From Malacoraja senta (taxonomy: Eukaryota): a DNA stretch of 64,000 bases. The first letter of the stretch is position 1; each line of letters begins with the position of its first letter. Location of the stretch: the NCBI GenBank assembly GCA_038087875.1, contig CM075987.1:26662001-26726000 (forward strand), in the 5' to 3' direction. Below, piece after piece: positions 1-12,005 of the stretch. The translations under genes were made by a program, and so were the position numbers. A model generated the notes under the pieces. The model searched no databases, was not told the origin of the DNA, and saw only the letters and a list, made by a program, of their open reading frames with translations.

Positions 1-559
1 AACCCCCCCCCCCCACCACGGGTGGCCGGAGAGGTCGGCAGCAAAGATCCTCCGCTATAGGATCTTTGGTCGGGAGTCAGACGGGCGCGGTGCCCCCCAG
101 GCCCACAGCCAGCGCAGAGAAACAGCGCTAAACCCAGCTCAACTCTGCCTGTCCAACCAGGTGAGCCTATAGCCTTCCTGGACGCGGGAAATATGGCCAG
201 CGCGGAGAAGCAGCGCTGGTGTCCCGTCAGTCCAGGCAGGGCTGTAGTTAACCCGGTGAGACAGGCAGAGTTGAGCTGCATTTAGCGCTGGATTGAGCCT
301 CCGAAGCCTCGCGTGTGTGTGTGTGAGCGTGCGCATGCGCGCGCGGCCGACAAAAAATTGTGTCCCCCGTCCCCTCCATGTTTTGATAGCGAGTTCCGTT
401 CTTGATGAGAGGAAGAGATCGGGTAGATGCACAGAGTCCCTTGCCCAGAGAAGGGCAATCGAGGACCTCAGGTGCTGACTGTGTGTGGAGTTTGTACCTC
501 CTCCGATTGTATCGGGGAGCTCCGGTTTCCTCCCACATCCCATTGACATGCGGACATGT

Positions 560-625
560 ATTCCGGTTAGCACGCAACAAAAGCTTTTCACTGTACCTCG
601 GTACACGTGGCAATAAACTAAACTG
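560..625 (+). mobile_element. Short 3' tail fragment of a Rex1/Babar-type LINE
   Basis: ggttagcacgcaacaaaagcttttcactgtacctcggtacacgtggcaataaactaaact; the same tail in reverse is attached to Rex1-like coding remnants at 28325-28715. Confidence 0.7.
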
Positions 626-761
626 CAAACCGTAAACCATCACTGACGAACTTGTGAACTTAGGTTTGCTCTTCAATCTTTTGTCCCTCGTTTCAAAATA
701 GATCCTTTGGTTATTTAACGTTGTGGCCATTTGTCGTGCTCAAATTGGCGGTTGTATTCAA

Positions 762-850
762 GATATTTCAACAGCAAATATATATTTAAAATACTTAATT
801 GGCTGTAAAGTGCTTTGGGGGCATCGTAAGGTCACGGGAGGTGCAGCATT
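762..850 (+). mobile_element. Degraded DeuSINE-like (SacSINE1/AmnSINE-type) L2-derived 3' end
   Basis: tacttaattggctgtaaagtgctttggggg resembles the recalled DeuSINE tail tacttcattggctgtaaagcgctttggg. Confidence 0.4.
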
Positions 851-1104
851 AATGCTCCTCCTTCAGTTTATATTCTGCAATTAAACTGGCATTCATTTAA
901 CTCTCTTGCCAATTATGTAGTTTTACAGTTTACGACCCTGAAATAGGTCTGTGTAACGACAAAATTAAAAAAATGTGCTGCAGAGTTTAAAATGACATTA
1001 ATGCGGAGTGAGAAATGTTTTGTGAACTTTATTTGGGGGGGGGGGGAAGCTAAGGGTGGGGGGGGGGGGTACTGAACGAGGGTGGGTCGGTGTAAATTTG
1101 TACA

Positions 1105-1750
1105 TTGTACAAGACCGAGATGAGGAAAAACTTTTTCACACAGAGAGTGGTGAATCTCTGGAACTCTCTGCCACAGAGGGTAGTTGAGGCCAGTTCATTG
1201 GCTATATATTTTTTATTTTTTTATTTTTATTTTATTAGAAGTAAGTACAATTGTATACAATCATATTTTCATAATACCTTTTATGTACAGCTTCTTATTT
1301 TAAATTTTTTTTGAAATAAAGAAGAAAAAGAAAAAAGTTAGATAATGAAAAATAGAAAAATGTGAGATATATAGTGTGTGAAAAAGAAAAATAAAGAATG
1401 AAATAAGAAAGTTGAGACATAGAAAATAGAAGAGAGAGAATAAAAGAAAAGATGAGAAGAAAAGAAAATAGAAGGAGATCATTTATAATCTTGACCATCC
1501 GCAGTCACGGATTAGCTTTTACACCTGTTTTGCACCATACGTTTCCAAAAAGACGACAAACATTGGCTATATTTAAGAGGGAGTTAGATGTGGCCCTTGT
1601 GGCAAAGGGGATCAGGGGGTATGGAGAGAAGGCAGGTACGGGATACTGAGTTGGATGATCAGCCATGATCATATTGAATGGCGGTGCCGGCTCGAAGGGC
1701 CGAATGGCCTACTCCTGCACCTATTTTCTATGTATCTATGTATCTATGTA
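1105..1750 (+). mobile_element. CR1 LINE 3' end, interrupted by an L1 fragment
   Basis: Translates as MRKNFFTQRVVNLWNSLP...IFKRELDVALVAKGIRGYG; 3' UTR with (tatctatg)n tail. Confidence 0.9.
1208..1560 (-). mobile_element. L1-type 3' end inserted in CR1
   Basis: Reverse complement resembles the 3' end of the L1 at ~11300-11643 (tacttacttctaataaaataaaa); 12-bp TSD cattggctatat at 1196-1207 and 1561-1572. Confidence 0.85.
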
Positions 1751-2000
1751 CATTTCCTTTAACATCGTCTGCTTTGATCTGTCCTTTTCACACCTTACGT
1801 CCTCTTTATACCCTTCCATATCTCTGTTTTCCCTCTATAAGATCACCCCCTCATCCTCCTGCGCTCCAAGGAACAGAGTCCCAGCCTTCACCTAAACCCA
1901 TGTCCTCTGGTCCTCGATTCCCCTACTCTGGGCAAGTGGCTGCGTGCGTCTACTCGATCTATTCCTCTCATGATTTTGTACACCTGTATAACAACACCCT

Positions 2001-2052
2001 GGCCCCACAGCAGAAGCGTCCACGTCCACGTCGCGTGGCCTGGCTTCTGCTA
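2001..2052 (+). ncRNA. Degenerate HDV-like (CPEB3-like) ribozyme
   Basis: P2 AGCAGAA/UUCUGCU, P3 GCG/CGC, L3 UCCACGU (with CCACGU duplicated), P1 GGCCCC/GUGGCC(U), then GG able to form P1.1; P4 and J4/2 GAA missing. Confidence 0.65.
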
Positions 2053-2176
2053 CCACCATCATCTATTGCCACAAGTGATGGCTCCCACTGATTGTCGCCG
2101 GAGGCTTGCGTCCTTTTCAGGACGGACGATGACAGCGAGGTCAACATTTGTAACAGATGGACACGAAAAGAAGAAG
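2001..2176 (+). mobile_element. Short non-autonomous retroelement with HDV/CPEB3-like ribozyme head and (GAA)n tail (probable internally deleted Vingi/Ingi derivative)
   Basis: Interrupts CR1; TSD acaacaccct (1991-2000) / acatcaccct (2177-2186); ends acacgaaaagaagaag. Confidence 0.75.
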
Positions 2177-2684
2177 ACATCACCCTTTCAACCTCCTGCG
2201 CTCCAAGGAACAGAGTCCCAGCCTGCGCAACCTCTCCCTATAGCTCAGACCCTCGAGTCCTGGCATCTTAGATTATAAATTGTCACTGTGGCAAAATGAA
2301 AGAGAAAACTCTGCACTTGAGAACTTCTTTGTCATTATCAGCAAACAGTTCCTTATGACCTCCATGGCAGTAGATCAATCAATTTACAGAATATTCTGCA
2401 TGCTGTTTCAATCTCAGGCAAATAAGTGCTTTCAAACCATTTCCACACCAGTAAAAACCTACCAGATGACTTTGAGAAACATTATGCATTTGTTATCGTG
2501 ACATTATCTTACACCACTGTATTTAAATGACAGGGTGGCGCAGCGGTAGAGTTGCTGCCTCACAGCGCCAGAGACCCGGGTTCAATCCTGACTACGGGTG
2601 CCGTTCTTAAGACACTCAGTCTGAAGAAGTGTCTCGACGTGAAACATCACCCATTCCGTCTTTCCAGAGATGCTGTCTCTCTCC

Positions 2685-3070
2685 TCGAGGGACTGAGCTA
2701 TAGGGAGAGGTTGAGCAGGCTGGGACTCTATTCCTTGGAGCGCAGGAGGATGAGGGGTGATCTTATAGAGGTGTATAAAATCATGAGAGGAATAGGTCGG
2801 GTAGATGCACAGAGTCTCTTGCCCAGAGTAGATGAATCGAGGACCAGAGGACATAGGTTTAAGGTGAAGGGGAAAAGATTTAATCAGAATCTAAGGGGTA
2901 ACTTTTTCCACAAAGAGGGTGATGGGTGTATGGAATGAGCTGCCAGAGGAGGTAGTTGAGGCAGCGACTGTCCCAACGTTTAAGAAATAGTTAGACAGGT
3001 ACATGGATAGGACAGGTTTGGAGGGATATGGACCCAACGCAGGCAGGTGGGACTAGTGTAGCTGGGACAC
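2685..3070 (+). mobile_element. CR1 LINE 3' fragment
   Basis: LEGLSYRERLSRLGLYSLERRRMRGDLIEVYKIMRGIGRVDAQSLLPRV. Confidence 0.9.
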
Positions 3071-3477
3071 GTTCACAAGTTATAGGAGTAGAATTGGGCC
3101 ATTTGGCCCATCGAGTCTACTCCACCATTCAATCATGGCTGATCTCTGCCTCCTAATCCAATTTTCCCGCCTTCTCCCCATTACCCTTGACACCCGTTCT
3201 AATCAAGAATCTATCTATCTCTGCCTTAAAAACATCCACTGATTTGGCCTCCACAGCCCTCTGTGGCAATGGGTTCCACAGATTCACCACCCTCTAACTA
3301 AAGGTCTGGGCAAGTTGGCCAGTCTGGGCAAGTTGGGCCGAAGGGCCTGTTCCCACGCTGTATGACTCTATGTCTCCATTAAAGAGAACATCTCTTCTGA
3401 AGGTGATGTTAACCATTGTTCTGCTGAGATTTCTATCAGTAAACCTGCGACACGGACCTGCCAACTGCACATGACCA

Positions 3478-3757
3478 AAGGTAGACAAAAGTGCTGGAGA
3501 AACTCAGCGGGTGCAGCAGCATCTATGGAGCGAAGGAAATAGGCAACATTTCGGGACGAAACCCTTCCGGGTTTCGGCCCGAAACGTTGCCTATTTCCTT
3601 CTGGGTTTCGGCCCGAAACGTTGCCTATTTCCTTCTGGGTTTCGGCCCGAAAAACGTTGCCTATTTCCTTCGCTCCATAGATGCTGCTGCACCCGCTGAG
3701 TTTCTCCAGCACTTTTGTCTACCTTCGATTTTCCAGCATCTGCAGTTCCTTCTTATA
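3478..3757. mobile_element. Foldback (inverted pLTR) mini-element of Penelope-like origin
   Basis: ~80-bp arms aaggtagacaaaagtgctggag.../...ctccagcacttttgtctacctt; centre holds 3 tandem gggtttcggcccgaaacgttgcctatttcctt units; TSD aactgcacatgacca (3463-3477) / aactgcagatgacca (3758-3772). Confidence 0.8.
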
Positions 3758-4169
3758 AACTGCAGATGACCAGTTCTTTCCAGTGGCTGGATGAGTGCAG
3801 GATAAATGAAACAAGTGACCTTCAGGCCTGTCTGATAAACTCTCCCCTCTACATCTTAAATGATGGCAACTGCAAGAAAATCAACGCAAAGGGAAGCCTA
3901 ACAATGATTTTGTTTAAACTACCTTGTCAAATGTTGTGATCTTTTCAACACATTTTGAAACACCACAAAGGAAGACATGAAACAACCTATTAATAACAAA
4001 AAATATCAGAGAAATATTTATCTTTTATTGGCTTCTGAAAGGATCCGAGCATCCCCAGTAAAGTAAATTTATTGATCAACGGAGAACGCTCCCCACAAAT
4101 AACCACATGAGATTTTAATAGAAAACTAGACTGCAGCTAATCGAATTAGCATGGAAGCAGCTAATAAGA

Positions 4170-5012
4170 CACATAGAGACACAGTCATAGAGATACAGAG
4201 TCACAGAGTCACAGAGTCACAGAGACACAGAGACACAGAGACACAGAGTCACAGAGTCACAGAGACACAGAGACACAGAGTCACAGAGACACAGAGACAC
4301 AGAGTCACAGAGACACAGAGACACAGAGTCACAGAGACACAGAGGCACAGAGTCAGAGAGTCACAGAGACACAGGGACAAAGGGACACAGAGACACAGAG
4401 ACACAGAGTCACAGAGACACAGAGTCACAGAGTCACAGAGTCACAGTCACAGAGACACAGAGACAGAGAGACAGAGAGACACAGAGTCACAGAGACACAG
4501 AGTCACAGAGACACAGAGTCACAGAGACACAGAGTCACAGAGTCACAGTCACAGAGACACAGAGACACAGAGTCACAGAGACACAGAGTCACAGAGACAC
4601 AGAGACACAGAGACACAGAGACACAGAGACACAGAGACACAGTCACACAGAGTCACAGAGTCACAGAGTCACAGAGACACAGAGACACAGAGACACAGAG
4701 ACACAGAGACACAGTCACAGAGACACAGAGACACAGAGACATAGTCACAGAGACACAGAGACACAGAGACACAGAGACACAGAGACATAGAGTCACAGAG
4801 ACACAGAGACACAGAGACACAGAGACACAGAGACACAGAGACACAGAGACACAGAGACATAGAGTCACAGAGACACAGAGACACAGAGACACAGAGTCAC
4901 AGAGACACACAGACACAGAGTCACAGAGACACAGTCACAGAGACACAGAGACACAGAGACACAGAGACACAGAGACACAGTCAAAGAGACACAGAGACAC
5001 AGTCACAGAGAC
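4170..5012. repeat. Compound 8-bp microsatellite (ACACAGAG/TCACAGAG)n, ~840 bp
   Basis: Directly visible tandem array. Confidence 0.97.
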
Positions 5013-5629
5013 CCAGGTCTCTGGCGCTGTGAGGCAGCAACTCTACCGCGCCGCCCTAATGGTGACAAGTCTAAGAAAAAATAGCACAAATGGAAGCCTC
5101 ATTCTCCAACTGAAACCTCATAAATGCCAAGTTATTTTATGTTCTACAGGATTTCCTCAAGAATGGGTGGAATTTATTTAGCCAGAGGGTGGCAAATCTG
5201 TGGAATTTACAGCCACAGATGGTGGGGGAGGCCAAGCCATTGGGTATTTTTTAAGCAGAGAGATAGGTTCTTGATTAGTGAGGGCCAATGAAAGGTTACA
5301 GGGAAGAAGGCAGGAGAATGGGGTTGAGTGTGGAAAATAGATCAGCCGTGATCAAATGGTGGCACAGACTCAATGGGCCGAATGGCCTAATTCTGCTCCT
5401 ATGTATGTCTTATGAAGTATATTATTACACATTTATAAAGCACATTCATAAGTATTATTAAGCATAATTCTGTAAACTGAAAAGGCAAGGAACTGCAGAT
5501 GCTGGTTTACACTGAAGATAGACACAAAATGCTGGAGTAACTCAGCGGGACAGGCAGCTTCACTGGAGTGAAGGAATGGGTGATGTTTCGGATCGAGACC
5601 TTTCTTCAGACCATAAGTCTGACCATAAG

Positions 5630-6200
5630 TAAAAACAGGATGTAACGCTGAGTCTCTATAAGGCGCTGGTCAAGGCCGCATTTGGAATATTGTGAGCAAT
5701 TTTAGGCACCATATCTGAGGAAGGATGTGCTGGCTCTGGAGAGGGTCCAGAGGAGGTTTACGAGAATGATCCCAGGAATGAGTAGGTTAACATAGGATGA
5801 GCGTTTGTCGGCACTGGGCCTGTACTCGCTGGAGTTTAGAAGGATGAGGAGGGACCTCATTGAAAAGTACAGAACCGTGAAAGGCTTGGATAGAGTGGAT
5901 GTGGAGAGGATGTTTCCATCAGTGGGAGAGTCCAGGACCAGAGGTCACAGCCTCAGAATTAAAGGATGTTCTTTTAGGAGGGGGAAGTGCAGAAATTTCT
6001 TTCGGCAGAGGGTGGTGAATCTGTGGAATTCTTTGTCATAGAAAGCTGTGGAGGCCAAGTCAGTGAATATATTTAAAGGCAGAGATAGATAGATTCTTGA
6101 TTAGTACGGGTGTCAGGCGTTATGGGGAGAAGGCTGGAGAATGGTGTTAGGAGGGAACGATAGATCAGCGGAGTAGACTTGATGGGCCGAATGGCTTAAT
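5630..6200 (+). mobile_element. CR1 LINE 3' fragment
   Basis: [17 protein letters not shown] region then LGLYSLEFRRMRRDLIEKY...VVNLWNSL. Confidence 0.9.
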
Positions 6201-6969
6201 TTATTAACTTAAGTATTTTGGTATAATGTATTCCAATCTGTACCCTAAGCAAAACAATAGCTTTATAAATCAAAGACTAGAACCACCCCCTCCCCCCCCA
6301 CAAAGTCAAATGATAAAATAATTTTTAAAAATTCTGTAACAAATATTTGTAGATCAAGGTATTGAATGAAGTTACAATTGATTGTTTTTCAGTGGGATTC
6401 AGATGGGATTCAGAGATGAGTTAAGAGGATTAGTGTTTTATTGTTGCAAGGAGGTTTTGTTGGACATTGTCTGGATTAAAGAATCATTATAAAGTATTAT
6501 TTCAATAAACCTTTACAAAAAACTACAAACCTAATAATGGAGATAGAAGCTCAAAGATGAGTAAGTCATACATCACAGAAACAGGCCCTTCGGCCCACTA
6601 TGTCCGTAGAATCCTTTTCAACCATCAACACCAATCCTAATAGCCTGCATAAGAATTGCATAATTTTCTGCGTTGCCTAGTTAAATTCATAAATATGTTC
6701 AGAAGTGATAGGAGTGGAATTAGGCCATTTGGCCCATCAGGTCAAATTAGGCCATTTGGCCCATCATTCAATCATGGCTGATCTATCTTTTCCTCCTCAC
6801 CCCATTCTCCTCCCTTCTCCCCATAACCCGCACCAATCAAGAATCTATCTATCTCTGCCTTAAAAATATCCTTTGACTTGGCCTCCACAGCCTTCTGTGG
6901 CACAGCCATAAGTGTGTCTGAATTCCTCTTAAATACAGTAATTGTAGAACATAGAACATAGAAACATAG

Positions 6970-7142
6970 GTTTTTAAGAAGGAACTGCAGATGCTGGAAA
7001 ATCGAAGGTAGACAAAAGTGCTGGAGAAACTGAGCGGGTGCAGCAGCATCTATGGAGCGAAGGAAATAGGCAACATTGCCTATTTCCTTCGCTCCATAGA
7101 TGCTGCTGCACCCGCTCAGTTTCTCCAGCACTTTTGTCTACC
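6970..7142. mobile_element. Foldback pLTR mini-element
   Basis: Palindrome centred on ggcaacattgcc; TSD tagaaacatag at 6959-6969 and 7143-7153. Confidence 0.8.
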
Positions 7143-7844
7143 TAGAAACATAGATGCAGGAGTAGGCCATTTGGCCCTTCGAGCCAGCACTGTCATTCAA
7201 TATGATCATGGCTGATCATTTAAAATCAGTACCCCGTTCCTGCTTTCTCCCCATATCCTTTGATTCCGTTAACCCTGAGAGCTAAATCTAACTCTCTCTT
7301 GAAAACATCCAGTGACTTGGCCTCCACTGCCTGCTGTGGTATTCTAGCTGCCTCCTTTGCAGATACCAACCAGTCTCTTTGTAAAATACCCAACCCTTAA
7401 ATCCCCTTTCAAACTCCTTGCTCTCACCTGAAGGCTCAGCCCTCTCGATTTATATATTTTTTTAAATAGTAACAAATTAAAATATCTGAATTATCTTGTG
7501 GCACAACATTTATTTGAGGCGAAACTCACTGAGACGATTCCACCTGCTAAAGATTATCTGAGACACATCGAACTCCAAAATGTGGTTCTGGTGATCAAGT
7601 GAAGAAAACTAAATTGAAGTCCTTGAGCATGCCACTTAAACGACTCCACAATTAATCACAATCTCTCTCTCTCCCAGGGCATACTACAGAACTAAATTCC
7701 TCATATATAGCATTCTAATGCATAGAAAAAAAAATAGGGCCAAGTTCAAGTTCAAGTACATTTATTGTCACGCACCAATTGTCACGTTACCATACAGCCA
7801 TACGAATAAATAAAAAACACAATACACGATTAAATTTAACATCA

Positions 7845-10800
7845 TACATTAACATCATACATTATGCAACCCCACTAACTATGATAAATATTTACGCTCC
7901 AAATTTTGACAACCCCCAATTTTTAAATAAAATTATAGATATAATATCAGAGTTTAATTACCAAAATGTAATAATAGGGGGGGGACTTCAATTGTGTTTT
8001 AGATCCATATTTAGACAAATCAGCAAAGCAAAGGAGGGGTAATTCAAAATCTAAGACTAGTGAACTTCTAAATATATATATAAAAAATACTAATATAACA
8101 GATGTATGGAGAATTGCGAATCCAGTTGGAAGAGAATACCCGTTTTACTCATCGGTGCACAAAACTTATTCACGAATTGACTATTTTTTAGTGGATATGA
8201 AACTAATGCCTTATACGATTAATCCAACATACCATATCAGCAGTATTACCGATCACTCTCCGTTGACATTTTTAGTAAAATTCGAGGGAATGCCGGGTAA
8301 AAAATCTTTTTGGAGGTTTAATCCACATATTTTAAACGACTTACAATGTTATCAATATATAAAACAACAAATGAAACTTGTTTTTGAGATAAATGATACA
8401 CCAGGTATTTCGCCTTCTTTATTATGGGAAACTTTCAAGGCATTTATTAGAGGAATTATAATTTCATATCAAATTTTTCAAAATAAAAAGAATAAGACAG
8501 AACAAATGTTGCTAGAACAAGAAATTAGACAGTTAGAGTTAGATAATGCCAAAGATTCTACTACAGATAAACATAATAATATAATACTACTGAAATTTAA
8601 ACTTAATCAAATTTTATCGGCAAGAGTAATAAGATTATTCCAAATTACAAAACAGGAATATTTTGAATTTGGTGACAAACCACATAAGCTTTTTAGCTCG
8701 TCAATTGAAAAAACAAGAAAAGGAAAATACTATAACTAAAATTAAATCAGAGAAAGGTGAATTACTAATATTACCTAAAGATATTAACAATAGATTTGCT
8801 CAATTTTATCAAAATTTATATACATCTAAAACCAAAATAGAAGATAGTAAAATTATACATTTTTTAGATAACTGTAATCTTCCAAAACTAGATCTTTCGG
8901 AACAAGAGGAAATTGGAGCTCAGATCACACTTGAAGAAATAGGTGAAACAATAAAATAGTTGAAAAATGGCGACACCTGGACCAGGTGGTTTTAGTAATG
9001 AATTTTATAAAAAATTTCATGAGATAACGACTCCATATTTATTTAATTTATATACTCACGCTTTTAAAGAAAATAAACTACCTGAAACATTAGCAGAATC
9101 AACTATTACGCTTATTCCAAAAAAAGATAAAGATCTAGAGGACCCGGGCTCATATAGAGCTATATCACTTTTAAATACAGACCAGAAAATTTTAGCAAAG
9201 ACTTTAGCCAGAAGATTAAGTAAATATATTAGTAAACTGATAAACCCTGATCAAACGGGGTTTATACCCAAAAGACATTCATTTAATAATTTGAGACGCC
9301 TGTTTAATATAATGTACTCACATAAAACGGAGGAAGAAGATATATCAATTATTTCTCTGGACGCAGAGAAAGCATTTGATCAGGTAGAGTGGCAGTATTT
9401 AAATAAATTACTGCAAAAATTTAATATGGGAGAGAATTTTATTACCTGGGTAAAATTATTATATGATAAACCAATGGCAAGAATACTATCTAATAATATG
9501 TTATCTCCAAAATTTCAATTATTAAGGGGCAATAGGCAGGGATGTGCGTTATCTCCCCTGCTATTTGCCCTTATGATAGAGCCCTTGGCTGAAAGTATAA
9601 GAATTCATCCAAATATTCAGGGTTACAATACTAAGGACTCAAATAATAAAATTCCATTATATGCAGACGATATACTTCTATATATTACAAATTCACAAAC
9701 GAGTATACCAAATTTATTAAATTTCATAGAGGAATTCGGGTCCTTTTCTGGATATAGAATAAACTGGAATAAAAGTGAAATCATGACGTTAAAACCTCAA
9801 GAATCTATACACTTACTGAAATTCCCCTTTAAAATTGCAACAAAAAAATTTAAATATTTGGGTATTCAAATTACTAGAAAATATAAAGCTTTATTCAATG
9901 CTAATTTTATGCCTTTATTAAATACACTCAATACGTTGATTAAATTTTGGAAAACACTTCCTTTATCCTTAATAGGCAGAATAAATGCTATAAAAATTAT
10001 CTGTCTACCACAATTACTATACCTATTTCAATCTATACCATTATATATACCAAAATATATATTTTTTAAATTAGACTCTAATATTACTAATTTTATTTGG
10101 GATTATAGATCACACAGAATTAAAAACAAACACTTATGTAAACCAAAAGATGTCGGGGGACTTTCACTCCCGAATTTTTTGTATTACTATTGGGCAGTAC
10201 ATATTAAGAATATAATTTACTGGTTGGACAGTTCAACCCAACAGGCAGAATGGATAAGAATGGAGAAAGAGGATTGTTTTCCTTGTAATATAGGAACGAT
10301 CCTCTTCTCCCCGAAAAAACTGAACAACACAATATAAGAAGAACCCAATTATACACGATACAATAAGAATTTGGAAACAAATAAAATTATCTCTAAAATT
10401 AAGAAATTTATCATTGTTAATGCCAATAGCGAATAATCCTTTATTTAAACCATCTCTTATTGATAAAACATATAACCAATGGGAAAGATTGGGAATTAAA
10501 AGGATCGGTGATATGTATGAAATGGGAAATCTGTTATCATTCCAACAATTACAATTAAAATTTAAATTGAAAAATAATCAATATTTTAAATACCTTCAGA
10601 TATGTGATTTCATGAAGAAATACATACAAGGATATCAAAAAATAACTTTTAATTCACTGGAAGAAGTAATGAATATTAAGGCTGACACAGAAGTTAATAT
10701 CATATTTATATAATAGTATTTTAAATATAGACTTACCATCGACAGAGGTACTTAGAGAAGAGTGGGAACGGGAATTAATAATTAATGATAAAAATTACGA

Positions 10801-11643
10801 AGGATAAATGGGAAAGGTACTTGGTATATATACACAAATGTTCGATTAATGCAAGACATAATTTAATTCAATTTAAAATTTTACATAGATTATATTATTC
10901 AAAAACTAGATTGAATAAATTGTATCCAGATATATCCCCCCATTTGTGATAAATGTCTATCCCAAAATGCAACTATAACACACTCTTTCGTTTCCTGCAT
11001 AAAACCTTATAAATTTTGGAGTGATATTTTTGAAATATTTACAAAATTATTCAAGATAAGAATGGAACCTAATACTGAAACAATTATATTTGGAGTAATG
11101 GAAGATGGGAATAAATTGAACTCATCTCAAAATTTATTTTTTAATTATGGTTTAATAATAGCAAAAAAATTAATACTTAAATTCTGGAAAAATACACGTT
11201 TAAAATGTGGATTTCAAATATGTTGGACACCGCACATCTTGAAGAAATGCGATTCCTCCTAATAGATAAATCAGACCAATTCTTAACGAGTTGGTCTCCA
11301 TTTGTCATCTTTTTGGAATCATATGGTGCAACACAATTGTAGAAGCTAAGTGTTCTCGGACTGGGTGGTGGATGGTCAAGAATATAAATAATGATCTCCT
11401 TACTTTTCTTTTTTTATTCTCTACTCTCTTTTTTCTATTTTCTTTTCTTCAATTTTCTTCTTTCACTCTTTCTTTTCTTTTTCACATTTTTCTATCTTTT
11501 ATTATATACTTTCTTTTTCTTCTTTTTCTTTATTATAATAAAGAAGCTGTACATAAAATGTATTATGACAATATATATTAGGCACTTTGGTGCCAGATGA
11601 TTGTACTTACTTCTAATAAAATAAAAATATTTAAAAAAAAAAT
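7845..11643 (+). mobile_element. 5'-truncated L1 LINE with near-complete but frameshifted ORF2
   Basis: APE motifs INIYAPN, YSRIDYFL, TDHSP; RT motifs PGPGGF, YRAISLLN, LDAEKAFD, RQGCALSP, LYADD; CCHC knuckle ICDKCLSQNATITHSFVSC (~10945-11000); T-rich 3' UTR and poly(A); 12-bp TSD aatttaacatca at 7833-7844 and 11644-11655. Confidence 0.95.
8967..10337 (+). pseudogene. L1 ORF2 reverse transcriptase segment (largest open piece, 456 aa)
   Basis: ORF track translation with canonical non-LTR RT motifs; flanked by stops and frameshifts. Confidence 0.9.
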
Positions 11644-11792
11644 AATTTAACATCAGAGTCTTACAGAGTGGAATTAGGCCCTTCGTCCCAACTTGCCCAC
11701 ACAGGCCAACAAGCCACAATGGTATGAGGATTGAATGCTCCAATTCTAGGTAACCAACTAAACCCGCCACCATTGAACCCGCCACCATTGAA

Positions 11793-12005
11793 GGGCGGTC
11801 ATGGTGGCGCAGCGGTAGAGTTGCTGCCTCACAGCGCCAGAGACCCGGGTTCGATCCCGACTACGGGTGCCGTCTGTACGGAGTTTGTACCTTCTCCCCG
11901 TGACCGGCGTGTGTTTTCTCCGAGATATTCATTTTCCTCCCACACTCCAAAGATGTACAGGTTTGCAGGTTAATTGGCTTGGTAAATGTAAAAATTGTCC
12001 CTTGT
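11793..12005 (+). mobile_element. HE1/V-SINE tRNA-derived SINE
   Basis: A box tggcgcagcgg, B box ggttcgatccc, V-domain gtttgtac...ttcctcccacactccaaagac. Confidence 0.85.

Larger units (their letters stand above)
1835..2265 (-). mobile_element. CR1 LINE fragment(s), host of the 2001-2176 insertion
   Basis: tattcctctcatgattttgtacacc...cctcctgcgctccaaggaa is the reverse of the RRRMRGDLIEVYKIMRG region. Confidence 0.85.

Noticed and set aside
1295..1498. Hydrophobic membrane-like small ORFs (also 11291-11600)
   Set aside because: Translations of the T-rich L1 3' UTR.
4151..4916. 197-aa and other repetitive ORFs (TETQRHR / SLCLCV)
   Set aside because: Translations of the microsatellite.
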